A DNA stretch of 24,813 nt from a virus (taxonomy: Duplodnaviria > Caudoviricetes), in IMG/VR virus record IMGVR_UViG_3300016484_000453, positions 1 through 24,813 of that record. One strand, given 5' to 3'. The notes under the pieces were generated by a model, which was not told where the DNA came from, made no database searches, and worked only from the letters and a program-made list of their open reading frames with translations. Below, piece after piece: positions 1 to 8,786 of the stretch (position 1 is the stretch's first letter; the number at the start of each line of letters is the position of its first letter). The position numbers and the translations under genes are program-made.

Positions 1-576
1 GTGTTCCATCAAACAGATAGTGAGTATTTTCATAGAACATTGATACTTAATTTAATGACTAAATTATCAAAAACTAAAATTGTCTGTAATTACGATACTG
101 ACGTTGTATTCCCTGAACAACAATATATTAATTCTGTAAATAAAATAAAAAAAGGTGATACGTTAGTTTTTCCATATGGTGGTAAATTTATGAATGTACC
201 TAAAACATTCTTTCAGTCAATTACAGATAATAAATTTGAGGATTTAAATGAAAATGATTTAGAGTTAGCACACCCAAATTCATTAGGTGGAGCATTCTTT
301 TTTGATAAAGAAAAATATAATTTAGCTGGATTAGAAAATGAAAATTTTATTTCATGGGGTTTTGAGGATAATGAAAGAATAAATAGACTATCAAAGTTAG
401 GTTATATTGTTAGTAGATCACCTGGGTTACTATATCATTTAGATCATGAAAGAACTGTGAATAGTTCACCTAACCATAAATACTACGGTCAAAATATTGA
501 TGAATTTAATAAGATTAATAATCTATCTAAATCTGATTTAGAAGATTATATAAAAACATGGCATTGGATTAATTAA
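1..576 (+). CDS. Glycosyltransferase, GT2/GT7-like (galactosyltransferase C-terminal domain), 5'-truncated
   Basis: Frame open from window start; DxD motif (YDTDVV), GGAFFF and GLENENFISWGFEDNE plus LYHLDH, typical of the Glyco_transf_7C domain. Confidence 0.8.
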   Translation: MFHQTDSEYFHRTLILNLMTKLSKTKIVCNYDTDVVFPEQQYINSVNKIKKGDTLVFPYGGKFMNVPKTFFQSITDNKFEDLNENDLELAHPNSLGGAFFFDKEKYNLAGLENENFISWGFEDNERINRLSKLGYIVSRSPGLLYHLDHERTVNSSPNHKYYGQNIDEFNKINNLSKSDLEDYIKTWHWIN

Positions 577-577
577 A

Positions 578-1342
578 ATGGTTACAACTAGTTTAGGAGG
601 TGGATTAGGAAATTACTTATTCCAAATAGCTTCAGCTTATTCTTTAGCATTAGATAACGGTGATGAATGTGTTTTTGATATGGATAATAGTGTTAAAGTT
701 CATAAACATATAAGTACTTATGAAAATAATATTTTAAGAAATATTAAATTCAATAATTTTGATGTTAAAAACGAATATAATGAACCATATTTTCATTATA
801 ATAAAATACCTTACTTAGAAAATATTAGATTAAACGGCTATTTCCAAAGTGAAAAGTATTTTAACCATAATAGAGATAAGATATTAGACCTATTCTCAAT
901 AAGTGAAGAATGTAATAAATACATACAAGATAAGTACGGTGAGATATTGAAAGAAGATACTTGTTCGATACATGTTAGACGAGGTGATTATTTAAACCTC
1001 CAGAACTTTCACCCACTTTGTGAATTGGATTACTATGAAAAAGCTATTAAACAATTCCCAGTAAACACTAAATTTTTGGTTTTTTCTGACGATATTGATT
1101 GGTGTAAAAAGTCATTTAAAGATAATAACTTCATCTTTATTGAGGGTAATAAAGATTATATCGATATGTGGGTAATGTCTTTATGTAAAGATAATATTAT
1201 ATGTAATAGTACTTTTAGTTGGTGGTCAGCTTATCTAAATAAAAATAAAAATAAAAAAGTGGTAGCACCTAACAAATGGTTTGGTGATTTATTAAACCAC
1301 GACACAAAAGATTTAATTCCAGAATCATGGGTAAAGATGTAA
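578..1342 (+). CDS. GT11 alpha-1,2-fucosyltransferase-like (possibly colitosyltransferase)
   Basis: GT11 hallmark motifs GGLGNYLFQ, GYFQSEKYF, SIHVRRGDY, FSDDIDW, NSTFSWW. Confidence 0.92.
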   Translation: MVTTSLGGGLGNYLFQIASAYSLALDNGDECVFDMDNSVKVHKHISTYENNILRNIKFNNFDVKNEYNEPYFHYNKIPYLENIRLNGYFQSEKYFNHNRDKILDLFSISEECNKYIQDKYGEILKEDTCSIHVRRGDYLNLQNFHPLCELDYYEKAIKQFPVNTKFLVFSDDIDWCKKSFKDNNFIFIEGNKDYIDMWVMSLCKDNIICNSTFSWWSAYLNKNKNKKVVAPNKWFGDLLNHDTKDLIPESWVKM

Positions 1343-2028
1343 AATTTTCTATAGTAATACCTACTTACGAGTACAAAGGTTTGGCTCCAGAATTATTAAC
1401 TAAATTATTAAAAAGTATTCGTAAACAAACATATACTAATTATGAAATAATAATTTCAGACCATAGTAAAACTAATTTAGTTTTTGATTTTATAAAAACT
1501 TTTGATTTCGATATAACCTACTATAAAAATGAAAGAGGTATTGGTAACAGCTCAATTAACATGAACGAGGGTATAAAAAAATCTACAGGTGATTTTATTA
1601 AAATTATGCATATGGACGATTGGTTTTCAAATGAAAACACTTTAAGTTTAATTAACGAACATATAAATAATAATCCAGACAAGAAGTGGGGTGGTGTAGG
1701 ATTTAACCATTTCTATGAATCCACAAAAATTACTGATAGATTCATAATGCCTACAATAAATAACGATATTAGGACTTTACTTGGTTGTCCTAGTGTATCA
1801 TTCTTTATTAACAATAAAGAAAATCCAGATTTATTTGATGAGAATCTTATAATAATAAATGATTCTGATATGCATATTAGGTTAGGTAAAAAATACGGAG
1901 ACCCTATTATGGTAAATGAATATTGTGTAACTATAAGAATGTCTGACAATCAAGTATCAAACCAAGTTACAGAAGAACAACACTTAAATGAAATAACATA
2001 TTATAAAAACAAAAATTTTAATGGATAA
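1327..2028 (+). CDS. Glycosyltransferase family 2 (GT-A)
   Basis: FSIVIPTY, SIRKQTYTNYEIIISDHS, NMNEGIKKSTGDFIKIMHMDD, GCPS; classical GT2 N-terminal fold. Overlaps upstream gene by 16 nt. Confidence 0.88.
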   Translation: MGKDVKFSIVIPTYEYKGLAPELLTKLLKSIRKQTYTNYEIIISDHSKTNLVFDFIKTFDFDITYYKNERGIGNSSINMNEGIKKSTGDFIKIMHMDDWFSNENTLSLINEHINNNPDKKWGGVGFNHFYESTKITDRFIMPTINNDIRTLLGCPSVSFFINNKENPDLFDENLIIINDSDMHIRLGKKYGDPIMVNEYCVTIRMSDNQVSNQVTEEQHLNEITYYKNKNFNG

Positions 2029-2704
2029 ATTAACTGAATTAGCAAATAAATATGCATCAGACAAAGGTACTGTTGCACCTTCTAACGGTCACCATGGACC
2101 TAGATTACATTTCACACCTAAATACTACCCTTATTTTGAACCTTTATCAAACCAGGAAATAAAATTATTGGAGATAGGTGTAGGGAGTGGTCCATCATTA
2201 AAAATGTGGTATGACTTCTTCCCTAAAGCAAATATTTTTGCTATAGACATTTCCGACCAAACACCACATGAAAATGAAAGAGTTAAAACTTTCATTTGTG
2301 ACCAATCTAAAAGAGAAGATTTAGAAAATGTCGTTAAAAATACTGGTAAATTAGATTTAATAATTGATGATGGGTCACATGTAATAGATCACCAACAAAT
2401 TAGTTTAGGTACATTATTTAAACATGTAGTCTCTGGTGGTCAGTACTGGATCGAGGATTTACATACCTCTGATAAATCTGTTTGGCAAGGTAAAGATTTG
2501 TACGGTTATGATATGTCATTTAATGACGGTGAATCTACTGTAGAGGTTATTGAAAATTATATGAAAACAAAAATTTTTAATAGTCCATTTTTAACAGTAG
2601 AAGAAAATCAGTATTTAACTGATAATATAGATGATTGTATTATGTATGACTTACCTGAAACTTTTTACGGTTTTAATAAATTGTGTTTATTTACTAAAAA
2701 ATAA
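2021..2704 (+). CDS. Class I SAM-dependent methyltransferase, deoxysugar O-methyltransferase-like (MycE/ElmMI type)
   Basis: SDKG, LLEIGVGSGPSLKMW (motif I), AIDI, CDQS, DLIIDDGSH, IEDLHTS match the metal-dependent sugar O-methyltransferase family. Confidence 0.8.
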   Translation: MDKLTELANKYASDKGTVAPSNGHHGPRLHFTPKYYPYFEPLSNQEIKLLEIGVGSGPSLKMWYDFFPKANIFAIDISDQTPHENERVKTFICDQSKREDLENVVKNTGKLDLIIDDGSHVIDHQQISLGTLFKHVVSGGQYWIEDLHTSDKSVWQGKDLYGYDMSFNDGESTVEVIENYMKTKIFNSPFLTVEENQYLTDNIDDCIMYDLPETFYGFNKLCLFTKK

Positions 2705-2707
2705 AAT

Positions 2708-3634
2708 ATGAAAATATTAATTACTGGTGGTGCTGGTTTTATTGGTACTAAAATATCTGAAAAATTAAAAGATAATAATGAAATAATCATCTTAGACAAT
2801 TTATCAGAACAAATACATGGTAAAACCCCTATTTTATTAGAAGGTGTTAATTATGTAATTGGTGATGTTAGAAATTATAATGACTGGATTAAAGCACTAT
2901 CATTTAATCCAGAAATAATTTTACATTTAGCTTCTGAAACAGGTACTGGACAATCTATGGAAGAAGTTAACATGTATACCACAACTAATATTGATGGTAC
3001 TGCTATAATGTTAGAATTAATTAATAGTGGTAATTACGATGTTAAAAAGGTGATATTAAGTTCATCTAGAGCGGTTTATGGTGATAATGAAAATTCAGAA
3101 TCTAATTATAACTTAAACCCTAAATCTGTTTATGGTGTTACTAAATTAACCCAAGAGTTATTGATAAAAACATCTTGTAAAATACCATACACAATACTTA
3201 GATATCAAAATGTATACGGTGATGGACAAAGTTTAAAAAATCCTTATACAGGTATCATAAGTATTTTTAGTAATAAATTTAAAAATAATGAAGATATTAC
3301 TATATATGATAATGGTAAACCTACTAGAGATTTTATTTATGTAGAAGATATTGTAAATATCACAATTGAATGTATGACTAATAATAAATCTAATTATAAT
3401 ACATATAATGTTGGTACTGGTATGGAGACACCTATTATTCAGGTTACTGAAAAATTAAAATCACTACTTAATAGTGAATCTAAAATAATAATAACAGATT
3501 ACCACAGAGAAGGTGATATTATGTTTGCTAAAGCGGATATAACAAAATTAAAAACAGATTTTAACACACCTATAAAATATAGTATAGATTATGGTTTAAA
3601 TAGATTTGTAGAATGGTTCAAAAAAAATAATTAA
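2708..3634 (+). CDS. NAD-dependent nucleotide-sugar epimerase/dehydratase (WbiB-like extended SDR)
   Basis: TGGAGFIG Rossmann motif, SSRAVYG, YGVTK catalytic YxxxK; LSEQIHG, ETGTGQSM and GQSLKNPYTGI recall the WbiB-type 4-epimerase subfamily. Confidence 0.88.
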   Translation: MKILITGGAGFIGTKISEKLKDNNEIIILDNLSEQIHGKTPILLEGVNYVIGDVRNYNDWIKALSFNPEIILHLASETGTGQSMEEVNMYTTTNIDGTAIMLELINSGNYDVKKVILSSSRAVYGDNENSESNYNLNPKSVYGVTKLTQELLIKTSCKIPYTILRYQNVYGDGQSLKNPYTGIISIFSNKFKNNEDITIYDNGKPTRDFIYVEDIVNITIECMTNNKSNYNTYNVGTGMETPIIQVTEKLKSLLNSESKIIITDYHREGDIMFAKADITKLKTDFNTPIKYSIDYGLNRFVEWFKKNN

Positions 3635-3635
3635 A

Positions 3636-4475
3636 ATGTATTATATTGTAGGTAAAAAAAATAAAGAAGGTACTGTAACTAGTGATACTGAACGTGGTAA
3701 CCTTAACGAATATTTTGAACTAGGATGGGAATATGCGGTAACACATCTTTATATTAAACATTTATATGTCTTAAATGAACTAAAAAATGATGATATAATT
3801 GTTACATTAAAGGATAGAATGTTTCTTTATGAAGGTTTTTGGCATAATGTAATGTCATATGAAGAGTTTATCACATTAGATGTAGATTCTAACGTTATTG
3901 ATTTATGTGACAAAGCCGAAAAAGAAAGATCTGGTATGATACCTAGAATAGTTAATGGTGAGTATGAATTTTTAGAGAGTGATTTAGAAGTTATAAAAAA
4001 AATAAATTTTACAGACATAACACATTTACCAATAACTGAGAATTATTGTTGCATACATATTAGATTTAGAAAATATGCTAACTACCGAAATTTAAGTAAA
4101 GATGGTTGGTTAGACATAATTAATAAATTAAAATTTAAATATAGTAAAATTTTTATTTTTGGTAAGGATACTGAAAATTTTTGTGATGGTGAAAATATTA
4201 TAAATGTTAACCTTAATGAATATGCGTCTTTATTAAATGGTAAAAATTGTAAGTTTTTTGTTGGGACAATGTCTGGTGGGTCTTTAATTGCACAATTAAT
4301 GTCTAATAAAGATTGTGTTAATAATATTATTATAACAGATCAGAAAACACAGAATGAGTTTGAGACAAAGGATGAATATCAGATTTTTTACCACTCAGAA
4401 GCATTTAATTTTTCTAAAACACCCATATATTATATAAAATATGGTGAATTAAATAATTTCATTAATAACTTATAA
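3636..4475 (+). CDS. Hypothetical protein, possible divergent GT-B glycosyltransferase
   Basis: 279 aa ORF tightly packed in the operon; CIHIRFR..RNL and FFVGTMSGGSLIAQL resemble GT-B C-terminal donor-binding motifs (HxR; GxxSGxxHxA). Confidence 0.5.
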   Translation: MYYIVGKKNKEGTVTSDTERGNLNEYFELGWEYAVTHLYIKHLYVLNELKNDDIIVTLKDRMFLYEGFWHNVMSYEEFITLDVDSNVIDLCDKAEKERSGMIPRIVNGEYEFLESDLEVIKKINFTDITHLPITENYCCIHIRFRKYANYRNLSKDGWLDIINKLKFKYSKIFIFGKDTENFCDGENIINVNLNEYASLLNGKNCKFFVGTMSGGSLIAQLMSNKDCVNNIIITDQKTQNEFETKDEYQIFYHSEAFNFSKTPIYYIKYGELNNFINNL

Positions 4476-4476
4476 T

Positions 4477-5742
4477 ATGACAGAACAAATATATGATTAC
4501 CTAATATTAGGTGCAGGTATTACTGGTGTCGCGGCCGGTAGAAGATTACAACAGTTAGGTAATAATAATTTTTTAGTTTTAGAGGGTGAAAATGAATCTG
4601 GAGGTCTTTGTAGGACTAAAGTTGTTGATGGACATTATCTAGATATAGGTGGTGGTCACGTACTACACTCAAAATTTGATGATGTCCTTGATTGGGTGTT
4701 CGAACATATCCCAAAAGAGGATTTTAACAAGTATGATACTAAAGTATTAATTGATTTAGAAGGCCATGCGGTACAATTCCCTATAGAACTCAATTTATGG
4801 CAATTACCTACTGATTTACAAGTTGACTACCTATATTCATATCTTAATGCGGCTAGTAAAGATATTAAATACGAAAATTTTGAATCATGGATAAGAAATT
4901 ATCTTGGTGACAAAATAGCTGACAATTATATGATACCATATAATAAAAAATTATGGTGTATGGATATAAGTAAATTAAACACTGATTGGTTAATTAAAAT
5001 TCCAGAAACAGACATAAAATTAGTTTTAAAATCTATAATAGAACGTGATTCTAATTTCACTGAAAAAGTTGTTAGTCATAAATCATTCTATTACCCTAAA
5101 TACGGAGGATTTCAATCAGTATTTGACGCAATTAAAAAACCTATAGAAGAGAATATTAAATTAAATTTTAATATAGAAAAATTGAGGTACGACTCAAAAA
5201 CTAAACTATGGCATGTAAATGAAACTTATGTCACTAAAAAAATTATTAATACAGTTCCTTGGACATTATTAAAAATAGAGATAGAGGGTTTTGATTATGA
5301 TAGTGAATTTAAAAATCTAGAATATCTTAGTGATGTAATATCTTTATGGCAACGTGAACATTATGAACATGACGCTCATTGGAAATATATCCCAAGTGAC
5401 GATGTTGAACAACATAGAGAATTTTATATACATAATTTTGCTCCTTATAGTAAAAAGGGTGGTGTTATGACTGATATTAATAGATTAAGATGGTTAGCTA
5501 ATGATAAAAAATGGAAAGCCGGTAAACCACTATATGAACATGAAAATATATATTCATACCCATTACCTACTAAAATATATAAAGATTCTATGAGAAAAAT
5601 TTTAGATTTTTCTAAAGATTATAATTTATATGGTTTAGGTAGATGGGGTCAGTGGCAATACTTCAATACAGACCAATGTATTAAACAAGTCCTAGATTTT
5701 TTTGAAAATGAAGACGATTTTGATTATTTTAAAATATTTTAA
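4477..5742 (+). CDS. FAD-dependent oxidoreductase, UDP-galactopyranose mutase/HemY-like family
   Basis: ILGAGITG, E..SGGLCRT, DIGGGHVLHS, PYNKKLW, FYYPKYGGF, YSYP, GLGRWGQWQYFNTDQCI. Confidence 0.78.
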   Translation: MTEQIYDYLILGAGITGVAAGRRLQQLGNNNFLVLEGENESGGLCRTKVVDGHYLDIGGGHVLHSKFDDVLDWVFEHIPKEDFNKYDTKVLIDLEGHAVQFPIELNLWQLPTDLQVDYLYSYLNAASKDIKYENFESWIRNYLGDKIADNYMIPYNKKLWCMDISKLNTDWLIKIPETDIKLVLKSIIERDSNFTEKVVSHKSFYYPKYGGFQSVFDAIKKPIEENIKLNFNIEKLRYDSKTKLWHVNETYVTKKIINTVPWTLLKIEIEGFDYDSEFKNLEYLSDVISLWQREHYEHDAHWKYIPSDDVEQHREFYIHNFAPYSKKGGVMTDINRLRWLANDKKWKAGKPLYEHENIYSYPLPTKIYKDSMRKILDFSKDYNLYGLGRWGQWQYFNTDQCIKQVLDFFENEDDFDYFKIF

Positions 5743-5744
5743 AT

Positions 5745-6674
5745 ATGATTGGTAATAGAAAAATTTTAATCACAGGTGGTTCTGGATTAGTTAGTAATTA
5801 TTTAAAAAAAATTCTTCCAGAGGCTACATATGTTTCTTCAAAAGACTTTGATTTAACAGACCAAAATCAAGTAATTAAAATGTATGAAGAAATAAAACCA
5901 ACACATGTAGTACATTTAGCTGCCAGAGTAGGTGGGATTTTTGATAATATATACCACCCTTCCGAATACTTTGAGGAAAATGTTTTAATGAATACTTTTA
6001 TGGTTAAATACGCTAGAGAGTTTGGTGTGGATAGATTTTTAGGTGTGTTAAGTAGTTGTATATTTCCTGATGTTGTTGAACATTATCCTATGAGTGAAGA
6101 CGACCTTCACCTTGGGCCCCCTACAAAGACTAATTTTTCATATGGTATGGCAAAAAGAGCTTTAGCTGTACAAATAGAGGCCAGTAATGAAGAACACGGC
6201 ACAAAATATAATTATATATCACCATGTAATTTATACGGTGAATCCGATAAAGACGAGGAGACAAAAAGTCATTTTGTGACATCGTTAATTAAAAAAATAT
6301 ATTTAGCTAATACTAATAACGATGATAGTATAACTTTATATGGTGACGGAACCCCATTAAGACAATTTATGCATGCTAGTGATGTGGCTAATATTATAAA
6401 AATAATATTAGATAAAGATATTACTGATTCATTTAATTTAGCTACGAGAGAAAATGTTAGTATAACAGATATTGCCAAAATAGCTTTAGATTCTACAAAT
6501 TCAAACCATTTAAAAATTTTATACGATAAAACAAAACCAAACGGTCAATTAAGAAAAGATTTAAGTATTGATAAGTTAAATAAATTAATACCTAATTATA
6601 ATTTTATATCTCTAAGTGAAGGTATATCAGATTATTATAAAAAATATAAAGAATACAATGATAAAATTAGTTAA
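5745..6674 (+). CDS. fcl: GDP-L-fucose synthase / GDP-colitose synthase (ColC)-like epimerase-reductase
   Basis: ITGGSGLV, HLAARVGGI, LSSCIFP, YGMAK, PCNLYG, SHFVTSLIKK, GDGTPLRQF, KPNGQLRK. Confidence 0.9.
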   Translation: MIGNRKILITGGSGLVSNYLKKILPEATYVSSKDFDLTDQNQVIKMYEEIKPTHVVHLAARVGGIFDNIYHPSEYFEENVLMNTFMVKYAREFGVDRFLGVLSSCIFPDVVEHYPMSEDDLHLGPPTKTNFSYGMAKRALAVQIEASNEEHGTKYNYISPCNLYGESDKDEETKSHFVTSLIKKIYLANTNNDDSITLYGDGTPLRQFMHASDVANIIKIILDKDITDSFNLATRENVSITDIAKIALDSTNSNHLKILYDKTKPNGQLRKDLSIDKLNKLIPNYNFISLSEGISDYYKKYKEYNDKIS

Positions 6675-7806
6675 TGATACAATAAATAAAGAAGACATAA
6701 ATAGTCTAATAGATTGGTTGTCACAAGAAGAAACACCTAGATTAACCAAAGGTGAACTCACATGGGAATTAGAAAAAAAATGGGCCAAAAAAATGGGTAC
6801 AAAGTATTCGGTATTTGTTAACTCAGGGTCTTCCTCAATATTATTAACTTTAGCAACATTAAAGGAAACTAATCGTTTAAAAAACCTTAAAATAGTTGTA
6901 CCAGCACTAAGTTGGGCGACTGATGTTAGTTCACCTATGTTGTTGGGTTATGATACTATAATGTGTGATTGTAATTTAGAAGATTTATCTTGTGATTTAA
7001 ATCATTTGGAAGAGTTATTTAAACAACACAACCCATCAGTTTTTATACTTGTTTCACCACTAGGGTTAGTACCTAGAATGGATAAGGTTATTGAATTGTG
7101 TAATAAATATGATGTTATTCTTTTGGAAGATGTATGTGAGAGTATGGGGTCTAAGTTTGATGGTAAATATTTGGGGTCTTTTGGTTTTGCTTCATTTTTT
7201 TCAATGTACTTCGGACATCATTTATCTACCATTGAAGGTGGTTTTATTAACACAAATGATGAGAAATTTTATCATGAATTATTAATGATGAGAAGTCATG
7301 GTTGGGATAGGGATTTACCTGAAGAAATTCAAAAGGAACTTAGAGTGAAACATAATTGTTCTGATTTTGATGCTTTATATAATTTCTATCTACCAGGTAT
7401 GAACGTTAGAGCGACAGATTTACAAGCATTTATAGGTTTAAGGGCTATAGATAAATTAGACACCTACTCAAATAAAAGAAGAGATAATTTTTTCTTTTAT
7501 AAAGAAAATTTAAAAAACAATCAATTAAAGTTAATAGAACATGAAGGTGATTTTGTATCTAGCTTCGCTATACCAGTAATTACTGAGAAAAGAAATGATA
7601 TTGTATTAAAATTACAAAATTCTGGTATTGAGGTTAGGCCATTAATTGCCGGTAATATGGCAAATAAACCTATGTGGAAAGGTAATAAAGAAAATTTACC
7701 TAACTGTGAATTAGTAGATAAATATGGGTTTTACTTACCTAATCACCAGGATTTAACAAAAGAAGATATTTTAAAAATAACTAATATATTAAATATTGAA
7801 TATTAA
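6658..7806 (+). CDS. colD: PLP-dependent DegT/DnrJ-family enzyme, GDP-4-keto-6-deoxymannose 3-dehydratase (ColD)-like
   Basis: FVNSGSS, LLEDVCESMG, FSMYFGHHLSTIEGG (His where aminotransferases have the Schiff-base Lys), RSHGWDRDLP, EVRPLIAGN. Start placed at ATG 6658 (MIKLVNDTI) rather than the track's GTG at 6616. Confidence 0.8.
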   Translation: MIKLVNDTINKEDINSLIDWLSQEETPRLTKGELTWELEKKWAKKMGTKYSVFVNSGSSSILLTLATLKETNRLKNLKIVVPALSWATDVSSPMLLGYDTIMCDCNLEDLSCDLNHLEELFKQHNPSVFILVSPLGLVPRMDKVIELCNKYDVILLEDVCESMGSKFDGKYLGSFGFASFFSMYFGHHLSTIEGGFINTNDEKFYHELLMMRSHGWDRDLPEEIQKELRVKHNCSDFDALYNFYLPGMNVRATDLQAFIGLRAIDKLDTYSNKRRDNFFFYKENLKNNQLKLIEHEGDFVSSFAIPVITEKRNDIVLKLQNSGIEVRPLIAGNMANKPMWKGNKENLPNCELVDKYGFYLPNHQDLTKEDILKITNILNIEY

Positions 7807-7808
7807 TA

Positions 7809-8786
7809 ATGAAAAAAGCGTTAATAACGGGAATAAATGGCCAAGACGGTTCTTATCTTGCAGAATTTTTATTAAAAAAAGGTTATGAAGTTTGGGGTAC
7901 TGTTAAAAGAAACTCAGTGTCGGAAACACAATCTGTTAGAATCGACCATCTGCTTGGGGAAATAAATTTAGAGTATGCTGATTTAACTGATATGGCATCA
8001 CTAATAAGGGTTTTACAAAAAGTAAAACCAGATGAGATATATAATTTAGCTGCACAATCACATGTTAGGATTAGTTTTGACCAACCGATATATACAGCAA
8101 ATGTTACTGGTATTGGTACATTAAATATGTTAGAGGCAGTTAGGATGGTATCACCACAATCTAAAGTATATCAAGCCTCATCATCAGAAATGTTTGGTAA
8201 TAATATTGACCCTGACGGGTATCAAAGAGAAACAACCCCAATGAATCCAGTATCACCTTATGGATGTGCTAAAGTGTTTTCATATAATATTTGTAAAAAT
8301 TATAGAAATTCATACGGAATGAATATATGGAATGGGATTTTGTTTAATCACGAATCACCAAGACGAGGAACAAACTTCGTAACTAACAAAGTTGTTAAAG
8401 CAGCAGTTAGGATTAGTTTAGGGTTACAAGATAAATTACATATAGGTAATTTATCCGCAACACGAGACTGGGGTCATGCTAAAGATTATGTTGAGGCAAT
8501 GTGGTTAATGTTACAATCAGATAAACCAGACGACTATGTTTGTTCAACTGGGATATCTCATTCAGTGAAAGATTTGTGTGAATACACATTTAGTTCATTA
8601 GGTCTAAATTATTTAGATTACATTGTTGTTAACGAAAAACATTTTAGACCTGAAGAATTGGAGAATTTAAAAGGAGATTCATCAAAATTAAGAAATGAGC
8701 TACTTTGGCAACCCAAGTACACATTTGAATCGATGATAGATGAAATGATTGAATACTGGGTAAAATTTTACGATAATGAAAAATAA
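7809..8786 (+). CDS. gmd: GDP-mannose 4,6-dehydratase
   Basis: ALITGINGQDGSYLAE, YNLAAQSHV, YQASSSEMFG, SPYGCAK, GILFNHESPRRG, RDWGHAKDYV. Confidence 0.97.
   Translation: MKKALITGINGQDGSYLAEFLLKKGYEVWGTVKRNSVSETQSVRIDHLLGEINLEYADLTDMASLIRVLQKVKPDEIYNLAAQSHVRISFDQPIYTANVTGIGTLNMLEAVRMVSPQSKVYQASSSEMFGNNIDPDGYQRETTPMNPVSPYGCAKVFSYNICKNYRNSYGMNIWNGILFNHESPRRGTNFVTNKVVKAAVRISLGLQDKLHIGNLSATRDWGHAKDYVEAMWLMLQSDKPDDYVCSTGISHSVKDLCEYTFSSLGLNYLDYIVVNEKHFRPEELENLKGDSSKLRNELLWQPKYTFESMIDEMIEYWVKFYDNEK

Noticed and set aside
6616-6657. Extended N-terminus of the ColD-like gene from GTG 6616
   Set aside because: Would overlap fcl by 59 nt; family-like sequence starts at ATG 6658.
6658-7806. Perosamine synthase or E1/DdhC assignment
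   Set aside because: No catalytic Lys (His instead) and no Fe-S Cys cluster; ColD fits better.
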